Below, in pieces: positions 50,229-59,133 of a DNA stretch of 64,000 bases. The notes beneath the pieces are model-generated. The model ran no database searches. It was not told where the DNA came from and worked only from the letters and a program-made list of their open reading frames with translations. The translations under genes and the position numbers were made by a program. This DNA is from an uncultured virus (IMG/VR IMGVR_UViG_3300022072_000005). Lineage: Duplodnaviria > Heunggongvirae > Uroviricota > Caudoviricetes. The stretch lies in the IMG/VR virus record IMGVR_UViG_3300022072_000005; one strand, written 5' to 3'. Each line of letters opens with the position of its first letter. The stretch's first letter is position 1.

Positions 50229-50769
50229 TAGTAAATTAAAGGATAATATTTTCAAAGTACCTGATAAAGTATTTAATGCGATTAACCAATCTATTAAACT
50301 TATCAGTGTGAATAATGAACACACAAAGGGGTTTAAAAGGGCTAATGATATTGTATCAGATAGGAAAGTCACATATTCTCAAATGAAAAGATTGAAGAAT
50401 TATTTTGATTCATATAAAGGTGATGGTAATGATGATGAATATAAATTGATTGGTGGTAAAACAACTCAACTTTGGGTTGATAAAACACTTGGTCAAAATA
50501 GGGATAGTATAAAACAGTCAAAAAAGATTAAAATGGATGGGGGTTTAGAAAATCAATTTATTAAAACCCACGAAAAGGATAATGACAATGCAAATCCTAC
50601 AAATCCAAATGGTGGTATGATTGATATCACTAAGGGTAGTACTTTAAGGAATGTTATGACAGGTGACGCTATCTATAAGTCGAGTAACAATAAAAATGAA
50701 GTTTATAACAAAGAAATTGATTCTATCAAATATTTAATAGAATACATGACTAAAAACAAAAACAATTAA
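50221..50769 (+). CDS. hypothetical protein, possibly head-associated
   Basis: G.KRA..I...V.....KR...YF...GG.....W pattern resembles a domain seen in phage head-morphogenesis proteins (inference). Confidence 0.5.
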   Translation: MPNSKLKDNIFKVPDKVFNAINQSIKLISVNNEHTKGFKRANDIVSDRKVTYSQMKRLKNYFDSYKGDGNDDEYKLIGGKTTQLWVDKTLGQNRDSIKQSKKIKMDGGLENQFIKTHEKDNDNANPTNPNGGMIDITKGSTLRNVMTGDAIYKSSNNKNEVYNKEIDSIKYLIEYMTKNKNN

Positions 50770-50771
50770 TT

Positions 50772-51098
50772 ATGGCATCAAACGCTTTAGAAGAAGCTGC
50801 AATTGCGGCAAGACAACAATTATTAACGAACAACACGTTTAATAATAACGACATTAATAATAACTACTCAGCTACACACACAAACGCTAAGAGTGACGAC
50901 ACTACACCAATTAATGGTAAAGGTACTGGAGTTCCTTTTGATAGTGCTAACGGTGGTGGTTACCATGACATATATGGTCATCCTAACTTTGCTGGTTCAG
51001 GTAGAATAGGCAATACTGTCATTAATCAATATAATGATGGTAATAGTTACACGCATCCAGATACTAGTGATAATGAGGGTCAAGTTGTTATAGAATAA
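50772..51098 (+). CDS. Asn/Gly-rich hypothetical structural protein
   Basis: ORF track. Confidence 0.6.
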   Translation: MASNALEEAAIAARQQLLTNNTFNNNDINNNYSATHTNAKSDDTTPINGKGTGVPFDSANGGGYHDIYGHPNFAGSGRIGNTVINQYNDGNSYTHPDTSDNEGQVVIE

Positions 51099-51108
51099 AA
51101 AAATTTAA

Positions 51109-51783
51109 ATGAAGCTTTACAATTTATATAAAGAGGTTATATTAGAAGCAGTCGATATTAAAACCGTTCAAGATGTAATAAATGGTAATCTTGCGGTTAA
51201 TATCACCTACAAAGATGGTAGTATAGATAGTAATAGTGGACCTAGATATTGTCAAATTTTGGCAATGGGTAAAACGTCTCAGAATAATACAGCAGTTAGA
51301 GTTTATCAAATATCTGGGCCAAATTTAAAAAAGGATAAAAATGGTAAAACAATTCGTTGGAAGACATTTTTAATTGATAAAATGGAAATAACTAAAACTA
51401 ATTTTAAATTTTATGCACCACCTGATGAATTATATAATGCTTTAGGTGATAAAACACTTAACATACCAAATAATGGTGGTGTAGCTAATATGGCTATATT
51501 TAGTGATAAGAATTTAGATAAATATAGAGATAGACACGCCAAATGGCAAAGTGATTTAGACACTAAAAAAACAAATGAGCCTCTAGTTAAAAATAGAAGT
51601 GATGATAATGAGGAAACCCCTCAAGATAATAACATAGATAATAACATAGGTAATAACATAGGTGGTAACGAAAATAAACCACAAATCAATTACCCAACTG
51701 CTAATGATTACAAAGATAGTAATTTATATAGCAATAAAGTAGCGGATGAAGAAGGTGTTGAAGACGAAGAATTAAATATTTAA
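51109..51783 (+). CDS. WYL-like domain protein with capsid-targeting-like leader
   Basis: VNITY....R......G......VRVYQ......WKTFLIDKM; N-terminus MKLYNLYKEVILE; acidic tail with DNNI repeats. Confidence 0.55.
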   Translation: MKLYNLYKEVILEAVDIKTVQDVINGNLAVNITYKDGSIDSNSGPRYCQILAMGKTSQNNTAVRVYQISGPNLKKDKNGKTIRWKTFLIDKMEITKTNFKFYAPPDELYNALGDKTLNIPNNGGVANMAIFSDKNLDKYRDRHAKWQSDLDTKKTNEPLVKNRSDDNEETPQDNNIDNNIGNNIGGNENKPQINYPTANDYKDSNLYSNKVADEEGVEDEELNI

Positions 51784-51788
51784 GAAAT

Positions 51789-52385
51789 ATGAGTGATATA
51801 AGTAAAGAAAGATTACAAGCGATGCTTGGTGGAGCTAAGCAAGTAATGGATAAAGTTAATGGTACAGACTTCAAAGTAGACCATAGTAGAGTAAATGAAA
51901 CCATATCTGGTAACGTTGAACTATTGGCTTCATTGCCAGATGGTGCAGCACCACAAGGTAACCCAACTAGACCTATGGGTAATAACTACGCAAATTTACA
52001 TACTAGTAAAATGCCTGATGCAATAAAAAATGCTATGATTAATAACCCAATACCTAAATTAGAAATGGGTAGCGGTAACGGACCAACATTTACATTAGAA
52101 GATGTTAAAAGTTTAGTTCAACCACAATTAGCACCACAAAACGTATCACAACAAGCACCACAACAAGTTTCACAATCAATAAATGAAACTTCAATTGTTA
52201 ATTCACAAGGTCAAAGATTAATAACTATGACTGAAGCGGAATTAGATAATAAGATACAAGGGGCGTTATTGGAATTTATGGCAACTACTTTCACCAAAAA
52301 TTTAACTGAGAATACTATTAAGAAAACAATTAGTACCTTAATAAAAGAAGGTAAGATTAAAGTAAAACAAAAAACGACTAAATAA
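51789..52385 (+). CDS. hypothetical late protein
   Basis: ORF track; Gln/Pro-rich linker. Confidence 0.6.
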   Translation: MSDISKERLQAMLGGAKQVMDKVNGTDFKVDHSRVNETISGNVELLASLPDGAAPQGNPTRPMGNNYANLHTSKMPDAIKNAMINNPIPKLEMGSGNGPTFTLEDVKSLVQPQLAPQNVSQQAPQQVSQSINETSIVNSQGQRLITMTEAELDNKIQGALLEFMATTFTKNLTENTIKKTISTLIKEGKIKVKQKTTK

Positions 52386-52388
52386 TAT

Positions 52389-52418
52389 AAAAAAACCCAC
52401 ATTAATGTGGGTTTTTTT
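52389..52418 (+). terminator. intrinsic terminator
   Basis: AAAAAAACCCAC-attaat-GTGGGTTTTTTT. Confidence 0.85.
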
Positions 52419-52419
52419 A

Positions 52420-52450
52420 TTTACTTATGTTAAATTTTTAATTATACTTA
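52420..52450 (+). promoter_or_regulatory. candidate host-RNAP promoter
   Basis: TTTACT-N17-TATACT directly after the terminator. Confidence 0.5.
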
Positions 52451-52468
52451 TGTAAATATAATTAAAAA

Positions 52469-53707
52469 ATGAGTAAAAAATTAAAGGTATTAGTTGTACC
52501 AAGCGATAGAACTGGAGTTTCTTATTTCCGTTCAACAAAACCAAACTTACATTTAGAAAAATTATACCCAGATGAATTTCATGTGGATATTGAATATGAA
52601 CCTAAGTTAGATGATGATGAATGGATAAAACAATATGATGTAATTCATTACCACAGAACATTAGGTCCTTATGAAGGTACGGAAGATTTAATTAAACGAA
52701 TTAAATCACTAGGCGTTGTAACAATAATGGATTTAGATGATTATTGGTTACCAGATAGAACTCACCCAGCATATCACATTGTTAAAAATAATAACATAGA
52801 TGTTAATATTTTAAATAATATTAAAAATGCTGAAAATGTAACTACAACAACAAAACTTTTTGCTAATGAAATAAAAAAGTATAATAAAAATGTTGAGATA
52901 ATACCAAATGCTATTGACCCAAATGAAAAACAATACATACCAAACCCAGAAAAATCTGATAGAATTAGAATTGGTTGGCTAGGTGGTAGTAGTCACCTAA
53001 ACGATTTAAAGTTACTGAATCAACTTTCTTCCAAACTTAAAAGTGATGGGTTATTAGATAAGGTACAATTTGTTGTTTGTGGTTTTGATATTAGGGGTAA
53101 AGTTAATACAATTAATGAGAAAACTGGTGAACAAAAACAAAGAGATATTTTACCACATGAAACTGTGTGGGTAGAGTATGAAAAAATATTCACTAATAAC
53201 TATTCAATAATATCACCAGAATATAGGGAACATCTTAATAGATTTGTTACTCAAGAATATGATGGAATTGAGAATGAACCTTACAGAAGAGTATGGACTA
53301 AACCAATTAGTAATTATGCAACTAATTATAATTTATTTGACATATCTTTAGCACCATTAGCTGAGAACACATTCAATAAAGTTAAAAGTCAGTTAAAGGT
53401 GATTGAAAGTGGTTTTCATAAGAAAGCTTTAATTGCTCAAAATTATGGACCTTACACAATTGACATTGAAAACGCATATTTAAAAGGTGGTGATGTTGAT
53501 TTAACTAAGAATGGCTTCTTGGTTGACTCACATAGAAATCACAAATCATGGTATCAGTATCTTAAAAAGTTAATTTTAAACCCTGAAATGATTAAAACGT
53601 TTGGCGATAACTTATATAACACAGTAATTAATACCTATTCAATGGATAAAGTTACTGAAAATCGTGCTAAATACTACAAAAAACTTGTTTTTGAAGCTAA
53701 AAAGTAG
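52469..53707 (+). CDS. GT-B (GT4-like) glycosyltransferase
   Basis: GVSYFR, MDLDDYW, IPNAID, RIGWLGGSSH..DL, DISLAPL...FN..KS.LK.IE. Confidence 0.85.
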   Translation: MSKKLKVLVVPSDRTGVSYFRSTKPNLHLEKLYPDEFHVDIEYEPKLDDDEWIKQYDVIHYHRTLGPYEGTEDLIKRIKSLGVVTIMDLDDYWLPDRTHPAYHIVKNNNIDVNILNNIKNAENVTTTTKLFANEIKKYNKNVEIIPNAIDPNEKQYIPNPEKSDRIRIGWLGGSSHLNDLKLLNQLSSKLKSDGLLDKVQFVVCGFDIRGKVNTINEKTGEQKQRDILPHETVWVEYEKIFTNNYSIISPEYREHLNRFVTQEYDGIENEPYRRVWTKPISNYATNYNLFDISLAPLAENTFNKVKSQLKVIESGFHKKALIAQNYGPYTIDIENAYLKGGDVDLTKNGFLVDSHRNHKSWYQYLKKLILNPEMIKTFGDNLYNTVINTYSMDKVTENRAKYYKKLVFEAKK

Positions 53708-53715
53708 TATAATTG
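53684..53715 (+). promoter_or_regulatory. candidate host-RNAP promoter
   Basis: TTGTTT-N17-TATAAT, also readable as CTTG-N20-TATAATTG. Confidence 0.5.
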
Positions 53716-53719
53716 CTTT

Positions 53720-53995
53720 ATGAATAAAATTCTTAATAAATTTATAAGCTTTTTTAAAAAAATCGAAGAACCCGAAGGACTCGAAGTGGTTACTAATGAA
53801 GACCGTTTAATTAGTTATTTAGAAGCAAATAAGGAACGATTTAGAATAATGTTCAATTATGAGCCAAAAAGAGATTACAATTGTTATGTGGATGTTAAAT
53901 ATGTCCCTTTAGGTGATGATGATTATGATGATGGTAAACTATCAGTAGTTTCGACTTTAAGGGAAGTTAAAACGTATCAAAAAAATGAAAAATGA
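53720..53995 (+). CDS. hypothetical protein (91 aa)
   Basis: ORF track. Confidence 0.55.
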   Translation: MNKILNKFISFFKKIEEPEGLEVVTNEDRLISYLEANKERFRIMFNYEPKRDYNCYVDVKYVPLGDDDYDDGKLSVVSTLREVKTYQKNEK

Positions 53996-54184
53996 TTTAA
54001 AAATCCATATAAAGAAGGTAAGGTGTTATCACCAGAGATTAAATTTTATATGGATGAAATTAAGAAAGCTGAAGCAAAGCACGAAATTCAAATCAGAGAA
54101 TCACTACCTGATGGTATCACTTTAGAAGATACGTTTAAAGAAATTATGGACGGTATTGAAAAAGTTAAAAAAAATAATAAATAA
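53996..54184 (+). CDS. short coding frame with uncertain start (frameshift, readthrough or internal start)
   Basis: FKNPYKEGKVLSPEIKFYMDEIKKAEAKHEIQIRESLPDGITLEDTFKEIMDGIEKVKKNNK*, with codons typical of neighbouring genes, fills the gap. Confidence 0.5.
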   Translation, partial: FKNPYKEGKVLSPEIKFYMDEIKKAEAKHEIQIRESLPDGITLEDTFKEIMDGIEKVKKNNK

Positions 54185-54190
54185 CAAATA

Positions 54191-54760
54191 ATGAGTCTAA
54201 GTAAAGAAAAAATCGTTTCAAATACTACGAAGTATATTGAGACCGCAGAAAAACATGGTTTTTTAACCGAAAAATTAACTGATTTATTGGGTCAAGATAT
54301 AATCAAAGCCCCAGCATCTACAATGCTTAAATTGCATAACGCATTTGAAGGTGGTTTAGTTGACCATACATTAAGGGTGATGAAACACGCTTATAAAATC
54401 AACGAAAATAATCTAATAGGTTCACTTAAAATCGATGTGGATTCTTTATTTAAAGTAGTTTTATTACATTCAATTGGAAAGGTAAAACTATACATACCTG
54501 AAACATCTCAATGGCATAGAGATAACCAAGGTAAAATGTATAACTACAATGAAGATATTGTTTCAATGAGAGTTGGTGAACGTTCAGCGTATTATGCATT
54601 ATCTTGTGATATTGAATTATCTGAAGAAGAATACTCAGCTATCGTTAATTTCGATAAAGTTGATGACGCTCAATCAGAATGGCATAACTCAACAATTGGT
54701 GATGTATTAAGATTGGCTATTAGATTAGCAATTATGGAAGAAAAACATAAGGCTAAGTAA
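54191..54760 (+). CDS. HD-domain (YhaM-like) phosphohydrolase, HD degenerate to HS
   Basis: APAS...HNAFEGGLVDHTL, LLHSIGK, GERS. Confidence 0.7.
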   Translation: MSLSKEKIVSNTTKYIETAEKHGFLTEKLTDLLGQDIIKAPASTMLKLHNAFEGGLVDHTLRVMKHAYKINENNLIGSLKIDVDSLFKVVLLHSIGKVKLYIPETSQWHRDNQGKMYNYNEDIVSMRVGERSAYYALSCDIELSEEEYSAIVNFDKVDDAQSEWHNSTIGDVLRLAIRLAIMEEKHKAK

Positions 54761-54761
54761 T

Positions 54762-55193
54762 ATGGAAGTGAAAATTAAAAAATTGCATGCGGATGCAGTT
54801 ATACCAAGCTATAGTACTTATGGCGATGCTGCGATGGATTTAACTGCGGTATCATTAACTATTGATAAATATGATAATTTAGTATATTATACGGGGTTAT
54901 CTATGGAAATACCTTACGGGTATGTTGGGTTAATTTTCCCAAGAAGTAGTGTTAGTAAATTAGAATTATCTTTAGCTAATTCTGTAGGTGTTATTGATTC
55001 TGGTTATAGAGGTGAAATAATGTGTAAATTCAAAAGATTAGCAAATGACTTATCTCAAATTAGTGGTTACGTTAGTGGAGATAGAGTTGCACAAATAATG
55101 ATAATACCAAAACCTGAAATTTCTTTTGTTGAAGTTGATGAGTTATCTGACTCAGTAAGAGGTGAAGGTGGTTTTGGTTCAACAGGAAAATAG
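54762..55193 (+). CDS. dut: trimeric dUTPase
   Basis: AAMDL, PRSS, GVIDSGYRGEI, GDRVAQ, RGEGGFGSTG. Confidence 0.95.
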   Translation: MEVKIKKLHADAVIPSYSTYGDAAMDLTAVSLTIDKYDNLVYYTGLSMEIPYGYVGLIFPRSSVSKLELSLANSVGVIDSGYRGEIMCKFKRLANDLSQISGYVSGDRVAQIMIIPKPEISFVEVDELSDSVRGEGGFGSTGK

Positions 55194-55198
55194 ATAGA

Positions 55199-55375
55199 AT
55201 GATAAGCATAGTATATTGTACAAGAGAACATAATCAAAAACATATTGACCATCTTAAAAAGATGGCTGGTCACCCTAAAGTTCAAGTAATTGAATATATT
55301 AATAATGGCGTATCATTAACCAAAGCTTATAATGAATTATTAGAGCAAGCTGAGTACGATATTGTCGTTTTCTGA
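55199..55375 (+). pseudogene. truncated paralogue of the downstream glycosyltransferase N-terminus
   Basis: MISIVYC...KKMAGHPKV...SLTKAYN..L.QA.YDIVVF* aligns with MISIVC...KKMAGHPKV...SLTEIYN..L..A.YDIVVFLHHD and stops just before the catalytic HxD. Confidence 0.75.
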
Positions 55376-55500
55376 TTATATTTTATTATTTTTTTTAAGT
55401 AATCTCACTTTATTATATATTGAATGTAATGATTTATTTAACTTAATCGCACATTTTGGTCCACCGATAGTTTTATAATTATTTATTAAAAAATCACTTT
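55376..55500 (-). pseudogene. remnant C-terminus of a Myb/HTH-repeat protein (homing-endonuclease-associated type)
   Basis: Minus strand SDFLINNYKTIGGPKCAIKLNKSLHSIYNKVRLLKKNNKI* with no ATG, GTG or TTG start in frame. Confidence 0.5.
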
Positions 55501-55503
55501 TAA

Positions 55504-55534
55504 CTTGATTTTTATTATTTATTTAGTATATTTG
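55504..55534 (+). promoter_or_regulatory. Bacteroidota sigma-A-type promoter
   Basis: CTTG-N19-TATATTTG; the -7 element matches TAnnTTTG exactly, 15 nt before ATG 55550. Confidence 0.6.
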
Positions 55535-55549
55535 TTTAAAATAAAGATT

Positions 55550-57199
55550 ATGATAAGTATTGTTTGCTCTTCACAAAACGATTTAAATGAATTTAGTAAA
55601 CATATAAAGAAAATGGCTGGTCACCCTAAAGTTGAATTTCTTGGTTATAAGAATGAAGGTAAATTCTCGTTAACTGAAATATATAATAGGGGTTTGAATG
55701 AAGCTAAATATGATATCGTGGTTTTTTTACACCACGACATCGAAATTCAAACTAAGCAATTCGCTAAAAAATTACAGAAAAATTATGACACCACTAATTA
55801 TGGTGTTTTAGGTGTTGCTGGAACTAAATTGTTACCAGAGACAGGTAAATGGTGGTCAGACCCCAAACAAATGTTTGGTAGAGTATGGCACACACATCAA
55901 GATAAAAAATTCTTATCTAAATATAGTGATGACCAAGGTAATAACATTGAAGAGGTAGTTTCGGTTGATGGTGTTTTCTTTTCAGTTATGAAATCTAGAT
56001 TGAAAGAAAATTTTGATGAATCTGTTGAGGGATTTCATTTTTATGATATTGATTTCTGTTTTAAGAATTATTTAAAAGGTGTTAAAGTTGGCGTTCACAC
56101 TAATATTGTTATTAACCACATGTCTATTGGTGAAACTAATGACCAATGGGAAATAAATAGAGTTTTATTTTCTGAAAAATATAAAGATGACTTACCAGTT
56201 AAGATTGACAAAGAATTTGGTGTTAATCATAAATTTAATGTTTTAATTGCTTGCATAAATTTTAATAGTTATACTGGCTCTGAATTATATAACTTTGAAT
56301 TAGCTAAAGGTTTGATTGAAAAAGGTTGTGATGTAACCATATGTTCTAACATCGGGGGTGAGCTTTCATTAAAAGCAAAAAGGTTAGGTATTAAATTAGC
56401 TGATATTAACGAACCACCAGGTTATAAAAAGGGTGATGGTCAATGGCAAATACAACAACCTGATGGTAAATTAGAGCAATCAGTTGAAGGTAGAATGTAC
56501 CAAATTGGTGCGGTTAACTTTGATATTATGCATTTAAGTCATACACCAGTTGCTAAACTAATGACTCAATTATATCCTCAAATCCCAGCAATATCATCTA
56601 TACATTCTGAAGTTATTTCATTGGAACACCCGATATTACATGATAATATTAAAAAATATATCGCTATTCGACCTGAAATTAAGGATTACTTAATTTCGGA
56701 GCATAACATACCTGAAGAAAAAATTAAGGTTGTTTACAACCCAATTGATTCAAGTAGATTTAACACTAATTACACTAAAGTTGTAAATGGTAAGAAAGTC
56801 ACTTTATTTGTTGGTACTATTGATTATTTAAGAAAAAATATGTTAGTTGATTTAGTTGGTAAAACTAAGGAAGAAAATGGTGAGTTATGGATTGTTGGTA
56901 GAGAGAATGGTGTTACTGCATCTGAAATAATTAATGATGAAAAACATGTAATTTATTATGGCCCACAAGCTAACATTGAGAGTTATATGAAAAAAGCTGA
57001 TGTGACTGCTGGTATACTTTTAGGTAGAACAACTATCGAAGGTTGGATGTGTGGTAAAGGTGGTTGGATATATAATGTGGATGATAAAGGGTTTGTTTTA
57101 GGTAAAGAATTTCATAAAGTACCTGAAGATATAAATAAATTTAATTCTGAGTCAATTATAACTCAAATTATTGATGAATATAAAGAAATATTAAAATGA
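55550..57199 (+). CDS. bifunctional glycosyltransferase (N-terminal GT2-like, C-terminal GT4-like)
   Basis: Start moved to ATG 55550; VFLHHDI, VDGVF, FHFYDIDF; then TGSELY, YNPID, GRTTIEG. Confidence 0.85.
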   Translation: MISIVCSSQNDLNEFSKHIKKMAGHPKVEFLGYKNEGKFSLTEIYNRGLNEAKYDIVVFLHHDIEIQTKQFAKKLQKNYDTTNYGVLGVAGTKLLPETGKWWSDPKQMFGRVWHTHQDKKFLSKYSDDQGNNIEEVVSVDGVFFSVMKSRLKENFDESVEGFHFYDIDFCFKNYLKGVKVGVHTNIVINHMSIGETNDQWEINRVLFSEKYKDDLPVKIDKEFGVNHKFNVLIACINFNSYTGSELYNFELAKGLIEKGCDVTICSNIGGELSLKAKRLGIKLADINEPPGYKKGDGQWQIQQPDGKLEQSVEGRMYQIGAVNFDIMHLSHTPVAKLMTQLYPQIPAISSIHSEVISLEHPILHDNIKKYIAIRPEIKDYLISEHNIPEEKIKVVYNPIDSSRFNTNYTKVVNGKKVTLFVGTIDYLRKNMLVDLVGKTKEENGELWIVGRENGVTASEIINDEKHVIYYGPQANIESYMKKADVTAGILLGRTTIEGWMCGKGGWIYNVDDKGFVLGKEFHKVPEDINKFNSESIITQIIDEYKEILK

Positions 57200-57912
57200 T
57201 AATAGTAACAACACTATACAATGGTGAAGAGTATATTGAAAAATGTATTACATCATTAAAAGAACAAACACATAAAGATTTTACATGTTATATCACAGAT
57301 GATTTATCAACAGACGGTTCTGTTGATAAAACTAAAGAATTAATTGAAGGTGATGATAGATTTATACTTATAGAAAACAAAACAAAACATTATCAATCGG
57401 GTAACTATGACCAAGTAATTAGGAATAACTCCATTATTGACGATAATGAAGTTATTGTAGAGGTTGATGGTGATGACTGGTTACCAGATAGTGAAACGTT
57501 AGAGCGAGTTGCTAAGGTTTATTCTGATGATGATATATGGATAGCTAATGGGCGTTTTATTTATTCACATGGTGCTATGGGGTTTGCCCAAGAACAAATA
57601 ATAAATAACATTAGAAAGGCTACATTTACAGCATCTCATATTAGGACGTGGAGAGCATTTTTATGGCGAAATATTAAGTTGGGTGATTTAAAAGATGAAA
57701 ATGGTGACTATTGGGACGCTGCTTGTGATTTGGCGTTTATGTATCCAATGTTAGAAATGTCAGGGGATGAACATTATAAATTTATGACTGAAATTAATTA
57801 TGTTTATAACGAACAAAACCCATTAAATGAACATAAAGTTATTATGGGTGATGTTAATAAAAATGTTGGTAAAATTCGTAGTATGCCCCCATATAAAAGG
57901 TTATATAAATGA
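57196..57912 (+). CDS. GT2 glycosyltransferase
   Basis: YNGEEYIEKCI.SL..Q, DDLSTDGS, VDGDDWL. Confidence 0.9.
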   Translation: MIIVTTLYNGEEYIEKCITSLKEQTHKDFTCYITDDLSTDGSVDKTKELIEGDDRFILIENKTKHYQSGNYDQVIRNNSIIDDNEVIVEVDGDDWLPDSETLERVAKVYSDDDIWIANGRFIYSHGAMGFAQEQIINNIRKATFTASHIRTWRAFLWRNIKLGDLKDENGDYWDAACDLAFMYPMLEMSGDEHYKFMTEINYVYNEQNPLNEHKVIMGDVNKNVGKIRSMPPYKRLYK

Positions 57913-58712
57913 TTTATTGTAATTTAAAAGGTGGATTGGCAAATATGTTTTTTGAAATTGCCGCAGTTAAATCTATGGCAATAGATAAGGGGGTTGATTG
58001 TAGTTTCCCTAATATTACAGCGCAATTAAATTTAGTTAATAACGATAACAAATATAACCCAATTATAAAACATGGTTGGGAATATATGGAAATATTTAAT
58101 ATTCTGAATACTACGCCACCAAGAGAAGTACTCCCAACCTTTACTTACCCTCTTCATTACCAACCAATTGATTTACCAAAAGATAATTTCATTGTAAATG
58201 GGTTTTTTCAAAGTGAAAAATATTTCATACATAATAGGGCTGAAATTCTAGAATTTCTTAAAATTCCAGATAGTATTCTTAAAATAATCAACGAGAAGTA
58301 TTCTACAATTTTAAGAACTAGGACTACATCATTACACGTCAGACGTGGTGATTATGTAAGGCACCCTAACCATTATCATCAACAAACAATTGAATATTTT
58401 AATGAAGCTATTGATAGGTTAAAAGATATTACGGACACCGTAGTTATTTTTAGTGATGACATACCATGGTGTAAAAATAATTTAAAATATGAAAATGTTG
58501 TTTATATTTCAGATGAAAAGGATTATATTGAAATATACCTAATGTCTCTTTGTGAAAATAACATTACTGTTAACTCATCATTTTCTTGGTGGGGTGCTTG
58601 GTTAAATCAAAATGAAAATAAAGTGGTTATTGGTCCTAAAAAATGGTTTGGGCCAGCATTAGCCAAATATAACGCTAACGATATAGTACCTGAAACATGG
58701 ATAAAAATTTAA
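57909..58712 (+). CDS. GT11 alpha-1,2-fucosyltransferase-like
   Basis: GGLANMFF, GFFQSEKYF, LHVRRGDY, FSDDIPWC, NSSFSWWGAWL, P.KWF. Confidence 0.9.
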   Translation: MIYCNLKGGLANMFFEIAAVKSMAIDKGVDCSFPNITAQLNLVNNDNKYNPIIKHGWEYMEIFNILNTTPPREVLPTFTYPLHYQPIDLPKDNFIVNGFFQSEKYFIHNRAEILEFLKIPDSILKIINEKYSTILRTRTTSLHVRRGDYVRHPNHYHQQTIEYFNEAIDRLKDITDTVVIFSDDIPWCKNNLKYENVVYISDEKDYIEIYLMSLCENNITVNSSFSWWGAWLNQNENKVVIGPKKWFGPALAKYNANDIVPETWIKI

Positions 58713-58713
58713 T

Positions 58714-59133
58714 ATGGAAAAAATATATTCTAAAATAGAACCTGATAAACTATTACATATAATCAATAGATTAGATGAAATTGAAGGTAGAACTGAAGTA
58801 GTCGATGAAAATAATTTCATTCAATGTGCAACATTAAAAATGGAGAAAGGGAAAACCTTCCCACCTCATAGGCACATAACCAAAGATAGACATTATCCAG
58901 AACAGATAGCTCAAGAATCTTGGGTGGTAATTAGGGGAAGTGTGAAGTGCATATTTTATGATTTAGATAATACAATAATTGCGGAGCCGATTTTAAAGGC
59001 TGGTGACGCTAGTTTTACACTATACGGTGGTCACACTTACTTAATTCTAGAAGATGATACAATTGTATACGAATATAAAACTGGACCGTATGAGGGACAG
59101 AAATTAGATAAAACATTTATAGATGAGAAATGA
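58714..59133 (+). CDS. cupin-fold protein (WbuC-like / sugar isomerase-like)
   Basis: PHRH, QESWVVIRG, GGH, EYKTGPY. Confidence 0.7.
   Translation: MEKIYSKIEPDKLLHIINRLDEIEGRTEVVDENNFIQCATLKMEKGKTFPPHRHITKDRHYPEQIAQESWVVIRGSVKCIFYDLDNTIIAEPILKAGDASFTLYGGHTYLILEDDTIVYEYKTGPYEGQKLDKTFIDEK

Noticed and set aside
51625..51663. 12-bp repeat encoding DNNI/GNNI
   Set aside because: Ordinary slippage in a disordered tail.
54191..55193. Z-genome or uracil-DNA system
   Set aside because: No purZ seen in the window, the HD motif is degenerate, and an intact dUTPase argues against uracil DNA.
55505..55549. TTG start at 55505 for the glycosyltransferase
   Set aside because: The extension overlaps the promoter; the truncated paralogue aligns from MISIV at 55550.
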